Assembly: GCA_965248695.1 (NCBI GenBank)
Contig: CBDFKD010000002.1
Span: forward strand, 544,001 to 608,000
Length of the DNA: 64,000 nt
From: Acidobacteriota bacterium
GTDB taxonomy: Bacteria; Acidobacteriota; UBA890; WLXD01
Reading direction: 5' to 3'
Translations under genes and position numbers: made by a program
The notes under the pieces: model-generated
The model's database searches: none
The model's input: only the letters and a program-made list of their open reading frames with translations
What the model was told of the DNA's origin: nothing
Shown: positions 9,472 to 18,847 of the stretch, in pieces
Position numbering within the stretch: the first letter of the stretch is position 1
How the letters are laid out: each line of letters starts with the position of its first letter

Positions 9472-9723
9472 GACACACCTCCCCCAGTTGGCATTGTCAA
9501 GACTTTACAACACTTGCAACGTCTGATAAAGCGATAAAAGTCCATCTGGCCACGCCTGCGGCGCGAGTATCCCCCGCAAAGCGGTATCGACGGGGCCGGG
9601 GTGCTAAGGGTCAATCTCATTTCGTTTCACGTGCGATTCCAGTGCAAAGCGATACGCTGGTGCGGTGCGAGCAAGCGAGATCCGAGACGTACTCGCGGCC
9701 AAAGAGCGGGCTTGATGAGAACA

Positions 9724-9779
9724 AGAAAAGCGACCGGGGGGAGGTATCGTAGCGAACGAACCTTCCCGGTCGCTTTTCT
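9724..9779. terminator. Long hairpin, likely bidirectional intrinsic terminator
   Basis: Perfect 15-bp outer stem AGAAAAGCGACCGGG / CCCGGTCGCTTTTCT plus inner pairing. Confidence 0.6.
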
Positions 9780-9934
9780 CGGTGTGGCGCGCCGCCCTCA
9801 TCGAGACTCTTGCATCCTCCGCATGAGCACGATGTACACAATGGACCCGACGCGATTGCCCGCTGCCTTGATGCCGCGAGACTCCCAACGCGACACCTGC
9901 GAACTGGAGATCGCGATCTCGTCAGTGTCCGCTA

Positions 9935-10297
9935 CTACGCGGCCCCGGTAGACCGAACTGCCGTGCCCGACCTGCAAACCCGCGTATAGCTGACCGTCTT
10001 GACCGGCATAAACCACGTGTGTCGCCGGGCTGAACGGAGCATACGTAACGGCCAAGGGTAGCGTTGCTCTTGGCCGCGTAGGCGATTGTGGGCTTTCTCG
10101 ATTCGAGACAGGTACCGGAAAACGCCTTCGGGGCCGTCGTTTTCAGCAACGATCTCAAGATGTCCGTTCACGGCTTCCGCAAGGTGTTCTAGGGCTTCGT
10201 GGGGGCTAGCGCCCTGACTTGCGATGTTGGTGCCTTCAAGTACCGCGACAACGACATCGTCTTCGCGCGTGAGCCGTACGGCTGCCAGGATTTCCAT
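9935..10297 (-). CDS. HicB-like antitoxin-domain protein
   Basis: TNIASQGASPHEALEHLAEAV matches the HicB N-terminal pattern. Confidence 0.65.
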   Translation of the reverse strand: MEILAAVRLTREDDVVVAVLEGTNIASQGASPHEALEHLAEAVNGHLEIVAENDGPEGVFRYLSRIEKAHNRLRGQEQRYPWPLRMLRSARRHTWFMPVKTVSYTRVCRSGTAVRSTGAA

Positions 10298-10562
10298 GGG
10301 CTGTGTGTTAGGTCTCGCGAAAACGGGATGGGATCTGCAGCTTGTACCTGCAAATACTACGAGGAGGAATCCACGACGGACGAAAGCTAAAGGTGGGCGC
10401 GCGACGAGCCTCGGAAATCAGGTGGGTACCTGAAAGAAGATTATCACCAACTCTCTTTGCATCGGCGCCATTGGAGTAGCTCGAGCTCTTCGCCGTAGTG
10501 CGCAGAAGGAAGCCTAGCTGGAGCGCTGCTGGCGATCGCGCATGAAGCCGGTGACGGCTCCT

Positions 10563-11417
10563 TCAAGCTTGGCCATGCGTGCCTGCCGCCAGAGCGTGAA
10601 GCCGCGTAAGATTGAGACGGTCCAATATGCTGTCTCGTCCCTTCGGGGTCTCCAAAATGCCCGGCAGCCTGCGGATCCGCCGGTGTGCCAAGAGCGCCCG
10701 AAATCCACCGCTTCCGATGGTACCGTCGCCAATGCTGGCGTGGCGGTCGAGTCGCGAGCCAGCGGCGCCCCGGGAGTCGTTCAGATGGATGGCGTGGATG
10801 CGCTCGAAGCCGATCGCATGGTCCAAGGCATCCAGGGTCCGGCGTACCCGGGCGGTCGTGTCGAGGCGGTGGCCGGCCGCGTGTAGGTGGCAGCTATCCA
10901 GGCACAGCCCGACGCGATCCAAGGGGAAGCGCCGTATGACCTCGCCCAGCTCTTCGAGGTGACTGCCAAGCGCCGTGCCCTGTCCAGCGGTCACCTCCAG
11001 AAGCAATCGCGAACCTACGATTCCTCGCGTTAGCGCGGCAACGGATGCCTCGAGATGCTCAAGTGCCTGGAAACGGGATTGATTGCCGCACGAACCGGGG
11101 TGCACCACCAGCCCATCGATCCCGAGGCGCTGGCAGCGACGCAACTCGGCGCGACAACTGCGCCACGAACGCGCCCGCAGCTCCGAATCGCCCGAAGCCA
11201 GATTCACCAGATAGCTGGCGTGTGCTAGCACCGGACGGATCCCGTGACGGGCGCAACCCTCCCGGAAGCGCGTCGCCTCGCGGCGCCGCAGACGCCGCAT
11301 CGCCCACTGGCGGTTGCTCTTGACGAAGATCTGCATTGTCTCGCAGCCGAGGTCCGCGGCGCGTTCGGGGGCCCTGTCCAGGCCTCCTGCTGCGGAAATG
11401 TGGACACCGAATCGCAC
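10563..11417 (-). CDS. nfo: Endonuclease IV (AP endonuclease)
   Basis: GVHISAAGG, QIF, HASYLVNL, VVHPG, CLDSCH, HLNDS, DRH, ILETP motifs. Confidence 0.95.
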   Translation of the reverse strand: MRFGVHISAAGGLDRAPERAADLGCETMQIFVKSNRQWAMRRLRRREATRFREGCARHGIRPVLAHASYLVNLASGDSELRARSWRSCRAELRRCQRLGIDGLVVHPGSCGNQSRFQALEHLEASVAALTRGIVGSRLLLEVTAGQGTALGSHLEELGEVIRRFPLDRVGLCLDSCHLHAAGHRLDTTARVRRTLDALDHAIGFERIHAIHLNDSRGAAGSRLDRHASIGDGTIGSGGFRALLAHRRIRRLPGILETPKGRDSILDRLNLTRLHALAAGTHGQA

Positions 11418-11541
11418 GCTGACTCGCTTCCTCGCTCACGCCGCGACCAGCCATTTGTCATGCTCGCGAAGGTCGATGGCCACTCCTCTTCGTGTCGCCG
11501 TACACGAGCGGTTGCCCCGATCAGCTAGCCAACGACTCTGT

Positions 11542-11874
11542 TCAGCGGTAGCTGCCAGCAGACACGCAAACGCCGCACAGCACGCCGCCCGCCGTCGCTG
11601 GCTCAAGCACGCCATCGATGACGCACTCGTAGTACGCGATCACCTCGATCCAGCCCTCGGCATCGATGGCGAGGACGCGACCCATCGGCGTTTTATCGGG
11701 CGAGCCCTTCCAATGGATTGTCCGATCGGTCTGCTCCATGAAGTACAACGTGTCGAGGCTGCGCGGGTCGATCGAGGAAAACTTCCAGTTGAGCCTGAGC
11801 TGCGTGCGGATGCGCTTACCACCGGGAATCGGGCGTCCGGTCTGGTGCTCGGGCAAAGCGTAGACATCTCGCAT
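11542..11874 (-). CDS. Hypothetical prophage protein
   Basis: 110 aa ORF co-directional with neighbours. Confidence 0.45.
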   Translation of the reverse strand: MRDVYALPEHQTGRPIPGGKRIRTQLRLNWKFSSIDPRSLDTLYFMEQTDRTIHWKGSPDKTPMGRVLAIDAEGWIEVIAYYECVIDGVLEPATAGGVLCGVCVSAGSYR

Positions 11875-11892
11875 GGTGTACGGCTTCGACCC

Positions 11893-12147
11893 TTACGCGG
11901 CCGGCGACGCCTTGCTGCTGATGGCTTCACGTAGCCCGTCGAGCAGCCCTTCGAGGCGGGCCATGCGCTCGCGTAGCTCAGATATCTGCGTGCGGAGCTC
12001 GGCGATTTCGGCACGTAGGCCCTGCAGCCCCTCGGTCAGGCGCTTGTCCAGTGCACCGATCCGCTGGTCGGTGCGTGCCGATAGCCGCATTACGAGCCCG
12101 GCGAGGGCAATACCTACGGCCAGGATGCCAATCAGTTCAGGTGTCAT
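11893..12147 (-). CDS. Small N-terminal TM plus coiled-coil protein
   Basis: MTPELIGILAVGIALAGL then heptads ending LRERMARLEGLLDGLREAI. Confidence 0.8.
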   Translation of the reverse strand: MTPELIGILAVGIALAGLVMRLSARTDQRIGALDKRLTEGLQGLRAEIAELRTQISELRERMARLEGLLDGLREAISSKASPAA

Positions 12148-12200
12148 GTGGCTCGCCTCATCCTTGCTCCCGTAGCGCCTTCCGCCAGACCCACCGCTTA

Positions 12201-12452
12201 CTACGATTCCAGAAGGTCCAGAAGGTTGCCTGCGCGGGGCTCTTGACGCTGCGGCTGGGCCTCATCCAGCTTACGGCTAAACGAACGTGGAGGAACGGCC
12301 TTCGGAGAAACGGCCCTCGTCTTCGAGGCAGCCGCCTGCTTCGCTTTCGAGAATGGGAGATCAGCGTCGGGCGCCGACTTCGTCTGGGCGATCTGGTTCC
12401 GCTTGTTGAACTTCAGGTCATCGCTGTTGCTGGCGGGAGGGCACTTACTCAT
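12201..12452 (-). CDS. Hypothetical protein
   Basis: Short low-complexity ORF in the leftward operon. Confidence 0.3.
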   Translation of the reverse strand: MSKCPPASNSDDLKFNKRNQIAQTKSAPDADLPFSKAKQAAASKTRAVSPKAVPPRSFSRKLDEAQPQRQEPRAGNLLDLLES

Positions 12453-12478
12453 GTCTGTCTTGGCGCGATCACGGTGGG

Positions 12479-13438
12479 TCAGCCGCAAGAAAATGCTGCA
12501 AGAACAAGCACAATCAGGGTAAAGGCAGCGAGCGCTGCGGCGCAGCCCCTTTCGCCCTCGCTCACCGAAGGCGTTTTGTGGGTCTGTTTGTCGGGCTTGA
12601 TTTCAAACGTGAACTCCACGTCCGGGCGGTAGGTGTGTTCTTCGCCATCAGCAAAGATGTCGTGGTCCCAACCCCCGCCCTCATTCTCGAACCAGACTTC
12701 CTCCATTTCGTAGTCGGCCGCATCAAGCTCAGACTCCTTTACAGCTTCAATCGTCAGTCTAAACTCGGCCTTCTTCGGCCTGTTAGGTTTCCGCAGTCCC
12801 TCGTCGCGTATGGCACCGCGCTTCAGATCGCAATAGTGCTCATCTTCTTCCTTGTAGCAATCAACTGCGTCCTCGTGCAGATCTGTTGATTCGATCCGGC
12901 CCTCTTCGGACCGTAGCCACTTGTCCATCAGTACCCGCGCGTGGTCGGTGTCTCTAGCATAGACGCCATACTCGCGCCAGCCGTAGGCATAGGTGCAGCG
13001 CACCAGGTAGATGCCGCCGCCGAACGCCGCCCGCGCCTCGGCTTCTGCCTTTTCCTCAGCCTCGCGTTTTCTGACCAGGGTCGCGGCTCGCTTCGCCGCC
13101 CCCTTCTGTGCGGCCTGGCGCCGACGATCCGTTTTCTCCTTCTCCTTCTCCACGACGTAGGCCGGAGATTTCAACACGGCGTTTACACGATCGGTTGAGT
13201 ACAGCACGCAACCGCCACCGTATTCAATCACCGCTCGTTCATCATGTTCCGGTAGAAACTTCTCGATTAGGTCGGGAGTCATGCCGTGCACTTCTTGGAG
13301 TTCGGAACCGGTGACGTATCCGTCAACCGCCATGCGCCAACTCCCGTCGCGCAGCTTCACAAGCTGGCCGGTCAGCCACGTCCCGTCGCTTGCCGCGCGC
13401 CAACGCTTTGGCCGCTTGGTTTCTGTACGGCCGCCCAT
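12479..13438 (-). CDS. Hypothetical protein with C-terminal TM segment
   Basis: ATG overlaps the cI stop (TGATG); 319 aa. Confidence 0.7.
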   Translation of the reverse strand: MGGRTETKRPKRWRAASDGTWLTGQLVKLRDGSWRMAVDGYVTGSELQEVHGMTPDLIEKFLPEHDERAVIEYGGGCVLYSTDRVNAVLKSPAYVVEKEKEKTDRRRQAAQKGAAKRAATLVRKREAEEKAEAEARAAFGGGIYLVRCTYAYGWREYGVYARDTDHARVLMDKWLRSEEGRIESTDLHEDAVDCYKEEDEHYCDLKRGAIRDEGLRKPNRPKKAEFRLTIEAVKESELDAADYEMEEVWFENEGGGWDHDIFADGEEHTYRPDVEFTFEIKPDKQTHKTPSVSEGERGCAAALAAFTLIVLVLAAFSCG

Positions 13439-14301
13439 CAGAAGGTCCTCGCCATCCACCTCACCTCGCCCACTAGCACCGCATCGTCAGGCCAGGGCTG
13501 CTCGTTGGTCCAGCTGGGGTTGTCGCTGACCAGCAGCCAGGTGTGGTCGGGGCCCTTGGCGGCGCGCTTTACCACCAACCCCTCGTCTTTGAGCTGTACG
13601 GCGTAGATGTGGTTGGTGCAGGGCCGGCGAGCGGTGCGGTCCAGGAGGATCTTGCAGCCGTCCGGTAGGGTGGGCTCCATGGAATCGCCGACGACGCCGA
13701 CGACCGAGCAGTGGTTGGGATCGAGGTTGTTGCGGTCCAGCCACCAGCGCTGGAACGCGAGGTAGCCCTTCACCTTTACCTCATCGAACAGGGAGCCGCC
13801 GCCAGCGGCGGAGGCGAGGTCGAACACTTCGACCTGGCGGATTGCCATGGCGCTGGCGTCGGTGTCGGCGAGGGCGTCCGGGTCGGCGAGTTCGCCTTTG
13901 CCCTGAGCTCGCAGGAAATCGACCACACGGTCGGTGCGGTGTAGGCGCTCTTGGAGCCCCGGTTGCGCGGCGTCTCGCTGCGTCAGCTCTTCGCGCACAG
14001 CAGTTCGCACCGCGCTCAGGATGTCGTCGTGGCTCGGTTCCTCGCCGTTGTCCGTGCTGTCAGGCTCGGGCTCGGGTGCAGCTTCGCGCGGCGGGCCGAC
14101 GTAGAACTCAAGACCGAGGGCGTCGCAGATTTCAGCCGCGCGGTCAACGGACGGGACACGTCCTCGCAGGACCGATCTGATCGCATCACGATTGAGCCCA
14201 GCGGCCAGTGCCGTCGTGATCGCTGAACGTTTTTCTCGGTCAAGCTGTTGCCGCACGATTTCTGCAAACTCCGACCTCGCAGTCTCCTTAACTTGCGGCA
14301 T
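13438..14301 (-). CDS. CI-like phage repressor (HTH + S24 peptidase)
   Basis: N-terminal HTH; ASAAGGG cleavage region; VGDSMEP Ser and VVKR Lys catalytic dyad. Confidence 0.9.
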   Translation of the reverse strand: MPQVKETARSEFAEIVRQQLDREKRSAITTALAAGLNRDAIRSVLRGRVPSVDRAAEICDALGLEFYVGPPREAAPEPEPDSTDNGEEPSHDDILSAVRTAVREELTQRDAAQPGLQERLHRTDRVVDFLRAQGKGELADPDALADTDASAMAIRQVEVFDLASAAGGGSLFDEVKVKGYLAFQRWWLDRNNLDPNHCSVVGVVGDSMEPTLPDGCKILLDRTARRPCTNHIYAVQLKDEGLVVKRAAKGPDHTWLLVSDNPSWTNEQPWPDDAVLVGEVRWMARTF

Positions 14302-14317
14302 GTGGCAACTATGCCAC
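14302..14317. promoter_or_regulatory. Putative repressor operator
   Basis: Palindrome GTGGCA-ACTA-TGCCAC abutting the cI start codon. Confidence 0.55.
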
Positions 14318-14491
14318 GCGAGAGTTTCGGGGAAAAGATGGGGAATCCGCCACTCTTGTGTGGTGTCTGGCGGTGTGCATCCACACGGGCCGGGAGATCT
14401 TCGGAGCCCGCCGCCGCCGGAAGTTCCGCCTCGGACAGCTGTCACCCCAGTACATGGCGGAGCTGCGTCGTCAACGTCAGGAGGGGCAGCT

Positions 14492-14725
14492 ATGAAAGGC
14501 GAGGTCATCGTTTCGGTGCCCGCCGGCTCTGACGTGTGGTGCATCCAGGTGCGCTCGGATCACCCCATCGGCACAACCAACACCTACACCGCCCCCACCT
14601 TGATCGGCGCGGAGGTCTCGGAAGGCAACGTGCTGCGGCGCTTGGAGCGCGAGTTCCCGGACTGCGAGATCACCGTTGTCGGGCGGAATCGCGAGCGCCA
14701 CCCGGCACTGGGGGCGTCGGCATGA
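14492..14725 (+). CDS. Hypothetical early phage protein
   Basis: ATG 14492 with AGGAGG RBS. Confidence 0.6.
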   Translation: MKGEVIVSVPAGSDVWCIQVRSDHPIGTTNTYTAPTLIGAEVSEGNVLRRLEREFPDCEITVVGRNRERHPALGASA

Positions 14726-15216
14726 GTGCGCGCGAGGCGTTGGTGTGGAGCGTGCTGTCACGCAACCACCGTGGCCGGCAGGGCGCCATCAAACAGCGAC
14801 AGCTGGCAGCGCGGTGCGGGCTCAGTACGCGCAAGCTGCAACACGTGCTCAAGTCGTTAACCGAGCGTCACCACAAGCCCATCGCCTCCTCGTGCCGGGA
14901 GCCGTTCGGGGTGTTCGTGCCGGTAACCGAGCGGGAGCGGCAGCGCTACATCGGACAGCTACGCGCACGGGCCACCTCGTGCTTCAAGCGCCTGAGCGCC
15001 GTTTCAGAAGCCGCGGCACGCCAGACGCACCGACAGGTGCAGCAAGAGCTTTGGGAGCGTGCTGACTCCCTCAACACGCGTGTTGGAGGGGCATCTGGGG
15101 TTCAGCGTGTGTGCCTGTGTGGGTGTGGACAGTCTTTCGTGCCGAATCGTGGTGACCAGCTGTACGTGGATGCACTGCACCGCTACGCAGCGGCTAACCG
15201 CCGGAGGGCGTCATGA
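14722..15216 (+). CDS. Winged-HTH protein with C-terminal Cys cluster
   Basis: AIKQRQLAARCGLSTRKLQ HTH; CLCGCGQSF motif. Confidence 0.65.
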   Translation: MSAREALVWSVLSRNHRGRQGAIKQRQLAARCGLSTRKLQHVLKSLTERHHKPIASSCREPFGVFVPVTERERQRYIGQLRARATSCFKRLSAVSEAAARQTHRQVQQELWERADSLNTRVGGASGVQRVCLCGCGQSFVPNRGDQLYVDALHRYAAANRRRAS

Positions 15217-16184
15217 AGCCGGATACCGAGGCAAAGCGCGAGGCGTTCCTGCGCACCCGTACGGAGATCGGAGCTTCCGAGGCAGCCGCCGTACTCGGAG
15301 TGGACGCCTACAAGGGGCCGGACGACGTGTACGACCGGATCACGGCGCTCAGGGACCACGACGAGGTGCTGGAGTCGGAGCGGACGGCCGCAATGCAGCG
15401 AGGCATCCACCTGGAGCCGATCGTGGCGCGGCTGTACGCGCAGCGCACCGGTCGCAAGATCCGAGCCCAGAGCACGCCCGACCGCTGCCGCGAGTTCGAG
15501 CACCTGCAAGCCAATCCGGATAGAGAGGTACTTGCGAGCGACAGCGAGGGCACCGGACTGCTGGAGGTGAAGTGCCCTGGTGTGCGGATCTTCGACTACC
15601 TGAAAGACAACGGTCTGCCGGACTCCTGGAACGTGCAGGGGCAGGCGCAGCTCGCCTGTCGTCCGAAGATCGGCTACGTGGAGTACGCGATCCACAACGC
15701 CGAGCGCTGGGAAACGCTGATCGTCCGCATCGAGCGCCACGAGGAGTTCATCGGGCAGCTGCTCGTGCCACGGCTGCGGGAGTTCTGGGAGCGGCACATC
15801 GAGCCGCGCGCGCGACCGGAGGCGGTTGTCGAGCCCGTGCCGTTGCCACCGTCATGGAACGGTGAGGTCGAGGTGATCGAGTCCGCACCGCTTCAGGAAG
15901 CGATCGCCCGGTACGCCGAGGCCAAGCAGATGGCCACGGAGATCCAAGGCATCGTGGATGCTCGCAAGGGCCGCTTGGTGAGCCTGCTGGGCGATGCGCA
16001 GGGAGTGGCCTGTGGCCCCTGGAAGGTGTTGCACCGCTGGGTGATGCCCAAGACGGGGCGGCTCGACACGAAGCGTCTGGCGGCATTCCTGCGGGAGCAC
16101 GGCATGAGCTTAGAGCAGTTCCGTGCTGATCCGAAGCCGTATCGCGTACTGCGCAAACCCACCTACAGGAGGAATGTGGCATGA
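15213..16184 (+). CDS. YqaJ/lambda-exonuclease family recombination nuclease
   Basis: IGASEAAAVLG, RGIHLEP, ANPDR, LEVKC, QGQAQL motifs. Confidence 0.9.
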   Translation: MKPDTEAKREAFLRTRTEIGASEAAAVLGVDAYKGPDDVYDRITALRDHDEVLESERTAAMQRGIHLEPIVARLYAQRTGRKIRAQSTPDRCREFEHLQANPDREVLASDSEGTGLLEVKCPGVRIFDYLKDNGLPDSWNVQGQAQLACRPKIGYVEYAIHNAERWETLIVRIERHEEFIGQLLVPRLREFWERHIEPRARPEAVVEPVPLPPSWNGEVEVIESAPLQEAIARYAEAKQMATEIQGIVDARKGRLVSLLGDAQGVACGPWKVLHRWVMPKTGRLDTKRLAAFLREHGMSLEQFRADPKPYRVLRKPTYRRNVA

Positions 16185-16897
16185 GCCCACAACAAGCGGC
16201 GCTGGCCATTGACACGGTGCAACAGAGCGCCGGGCTGGACCCGGCGGTATGGAGTGCCGAGAAGATCGAGACCGTCAAGCGCATGGCCGCCCCAGCGGCG
16301 CGCAATGTGCACGAGCTGGCGGCCTTCTTGCACCTGTGCCAGCGGTACGACCTAGACCCTTTGGCCAAAGAGCTCTACATGATCCAGGGCAAGGGGGGAC
16401 CGCAGATCTGTGCCGGGCGCGAGACCTTCCTGAAGGTGGCGCGCCGAGATCCCAACTACCAGGGCTGCCGCTCGGGCGTGGTGTACGAAAAGGACCACTT
16501 CAGCGTTGACGTCGAGGGCTCCGAAGTCACCGTGCATCACCGCATCGATGGGCTCGACAGGGGGCAGATCTCGGGCGCTTACGCGGTAGCGCGCAAGGAG
16601 GGGCAGGAACCGGTGCTCGTGGTGCGTCGCTGGGACGACTACAAGCACCTGCATGCCAAGGACAACTGGAGACACTACGGCGACGACATGATCGAGACGC
16701 GCTGCATCGTGGCGGCGCTGCGGAGGCAGTTCGGGCTGTCCGGGATCTACCACGAGACGGAGTTCGCGGATCCGGAGGCCCAGGTCGAGGCGATCGAAGA
16801 GACGACCCGCGCCAAGCTCGACGCGATGATCGATCAGGAGCGTGACACGGCCGACGAGGAGCTGGCCCAGCAGCTTCAAGACAGTCAGTGTGGCTGA
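16181..16897 (+). CDS. RecT/Bet single-strand annealing protein
   Basis: LDPLAKELY, GVVYEKD, GAYAVA, ALRRQF; may extend to 17009 if an indel near 16889 is an error. Confidence 0.85.
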   Translation: MSPQQAALAIDTVQQSAGLDPAVWSAEKIETVKRMAAPAARNVHELAAFLHLCQRYDLDPLAKELYMIQGKGGPQICAGRETFLKVARRDPNYQGCRSGVVYEKDHFSVDVEGSEVTVHHRIDGLDRGQISGAYAVARKEGQEPVLVVRRWDDYKHLHAKDNWRHYGDDMIETRCIVAALRRQFGLSGIYHETEFADPEAQVEAIEETTRAKLDAMIDQERDTADEELAQQLQDSQCG

Positions 16898-17011
16898 GCC
16901 TACGGCACAGGACGGCGAGCCAGAGTCCGCGGCCGAGCAACAGAGCGCGATAGCCCCACCGGCGGTCACCGACAAGGATCTGCCCTTGCAGGGCCAGGAG
17001 AAGGCCTGACG

Positions 17012-17461
17012 ATGCAGTTCACCAAGATCCGCTACGACGGCTCCAACGTCGAGCTGACATGGGAAGAGGCTGACGGGGAAGAGACTCGGACCACGAAGCT
17101 TTTCTCTACCGACCCGCCCAAGAAGCCGTTTCAAGAGGCGCTCAATGCGTTCCTGCCGAACGTGTTGGAGCTGTTGGAACTGTCCGAGCAGTACGGACAG
17201 GACATGAGCGTTCGGTCCGTGTCTGTGCAGCACAAGCGCGGCGGCAGCGAGGGTCTGGTGGTCAGTTGCGTGAAGTCGCTGCCGGAGACCAACGCGCCGT
17301 TCGTGCTGCACACGCCGTACCTGCTGCTGTTGGAGGACGAGGCAGATTCGGTAGTGGCCAGCATGGACGAAGCGCTTTCGGATCTACGACAGCAAGCTCA
17401 ACGTTACCTCGACGGCGACCGGGCGCAGGGCAACCTGTTCCAGGACCAGGAGACGGCGTAA
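17012..17461 (+). CDS. Conserved-looking phage hypothetical protein
   Basis: 149 aa; ends YLDGDRAQGNLF. Confidence 0.7.
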   Translation: MQFTKIRYDGSNVELTWEEADGEETRTTKLFSTDPPKKPFQEALNAFLPNVLELLELSEQYGQDMSVRSVSVQHKRGGSEGLVVSCVKSLPETNAPFVLHTPYLLLLEDEADSVVASMDEALSDLRQQAQRYLDGDRAQGNLFQDQETA

Positions 17462-17463
17462 CG

Positions 17464-18006
17464 GTGCAGGTTGTCCTAGCGATCGATCCCGACCCGCGCG
17501 GTGGCTCGTGGGTGTTGTGCGACGAGCGCGGCGTCCGCTCGCATGAGCGCAACTGCCAGATGCGGCATCTGAAACAGGCGATCAAAGGCGCTGGCGTCAT
17601 GAAGCACCAAGTCGTCGTCGAGGATGTTGTCTCCTACGGAATGCTGGTCGGGCGTGAGGTGTTCGACACCGTCAAGAACATCGGCGAGATCCGAGGGGCC
17701 TGCCGCCAACACGGGGTTCCGTTCGATCTGCTGAGCCGTGTGCAGGTCAAGACAGCACTGTGCCGTAGCGCACGCGCCAAGGATGCCAACGTGCGGGCGG
17801 CGCTGATGGATCTGTACGGCGGCTCTCGTGAGGCTGCCGTTGGCCGCAAGGCATCACCGGGGCCGCTGTACGGCCTCGTCGCTGACGAGTGGGCCGCACT
17901 GGCGCTCGGGCTCGTGTGGCTGTCGCGCCAAGGGCTCGGACCCTTGGTGCGGCGGGATGGACCGGAGGGACTTGCCGAAATGCGGTCTGCGGAGGAGGCG
18001 TCGTGA
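17464..18006 (+). CDS. RuvC-like Holliday junction resolvase
   Basis: GTG 17464; VLAIDP, VVED, ADEWAALA acidic catalytic positions. Confidence 0.75.
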   Translation: MQVVLAIDPDPRGGSWVLCDERGVRSHERNCQMRHLKQAIKGAGVMKHQVVVEDVVSYGMLVGREVFDTVKNIGEIRGACRQHGVPFDLLSRVQVKTALCRSARAKDANVRAALMDLYGGSREAAVGRKASPGPLYGLVADEWAALALGLVWLSRQGLGPLVRRDGPEGLAEMRSAEEAS

Positions 18007-18847
18007 GCGGGCGGCCTCTATCACCGGAAGGCGCGGAGATTCTGCGGCTATCTCCAATGCAGCCCCATCCGATTGCCGAGCTGTTCCCGATGCTGCCCGA
18101 CAGCGAGCTTCAGGAGATGGCCAACGACATTGCTGAGAACGGACTGCGGCAACCGATCGTCCTGTTGGAGCGGATGATCCTCGACGGGCGCAACCGATAT
18201 CGGGCCTGCGAGCTCGCCGGAATCGAGCCGGAGTTCATTGCGTACCGGGGCGATGACCCGGTGGCGTTTGTGATCTCGGCGAACTTGCATCGTCGCCACC
18301 TGACGGTAGGGCAGCGAGCGTTGGTAGCAGAACGGCTCGCCACGATGCGGCAGGGAGAGCGCACGGACCTTTCGCAAAAATGCGGAAAGTCGCGGAGGAA
18401 AGCAGCCGAGTTGCTGAACGCGTCTCCGAACGGAGCATCGACAACGTTCGTGCGCTGCGTAGCGAAGAGGACGCCAACGACCTTGTAGAGGCCGTTGAGC
18501 GTGGCGAGAAGACGCTTGGAGCCGCTAGCGCTGAGGTACAGCGGCGCAAGCTGCCGACGCCCAAAGAGGCAAACCGGCTCGCTGCTGAAACCGGCACGCC
18601 GGTTGTCGCTTTCGATGAGCGCATCTACACGGGGCGGCCAGAAGCTGAGGTGCAGGCCGAATCCGAGCGCGTGCAGAGGGTGGCACGGATTCTCGATGCG
18701 CTGAAGGCATTGGCGGCCGACGCGGCCACCGAAGTTATCCCGCTTGTTCCCTGGTACCAGGTCACCGACGTAGAGGGTGCGCTACCCGGAGCCGAGAAGT
18801 TTATCCGTGAGCTACGGGAGGGTTGGAGTGATCGAGAAGATCGATAG
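18003..18847 (+). pseudogene. ParB N-terminal-domain protein, frameshifted
   Basis: HPIAELFP, NGLRQPI, ILDGRNRYRAC, NLHRRHL; removing 2 nt at ~18420 restores LLNVSERSI into the 18380-18847 frame. Confidence 0.8.

Noticed and set aside
2611-11524. Inversion bounded by GCCCCGA(A/T)CAG inverted match at 2611-2621 and 11514-11524
   Set aside because: 10/11 match in GC-rich DNA is plausible by chance, and re-inverting restores no gene
13438-14544. 368-aa repressor as given in the ORF track
   Set aside because: Upstream extension is low-complexity and overlaps the divergent gene; the HTH begins after ATG 14301
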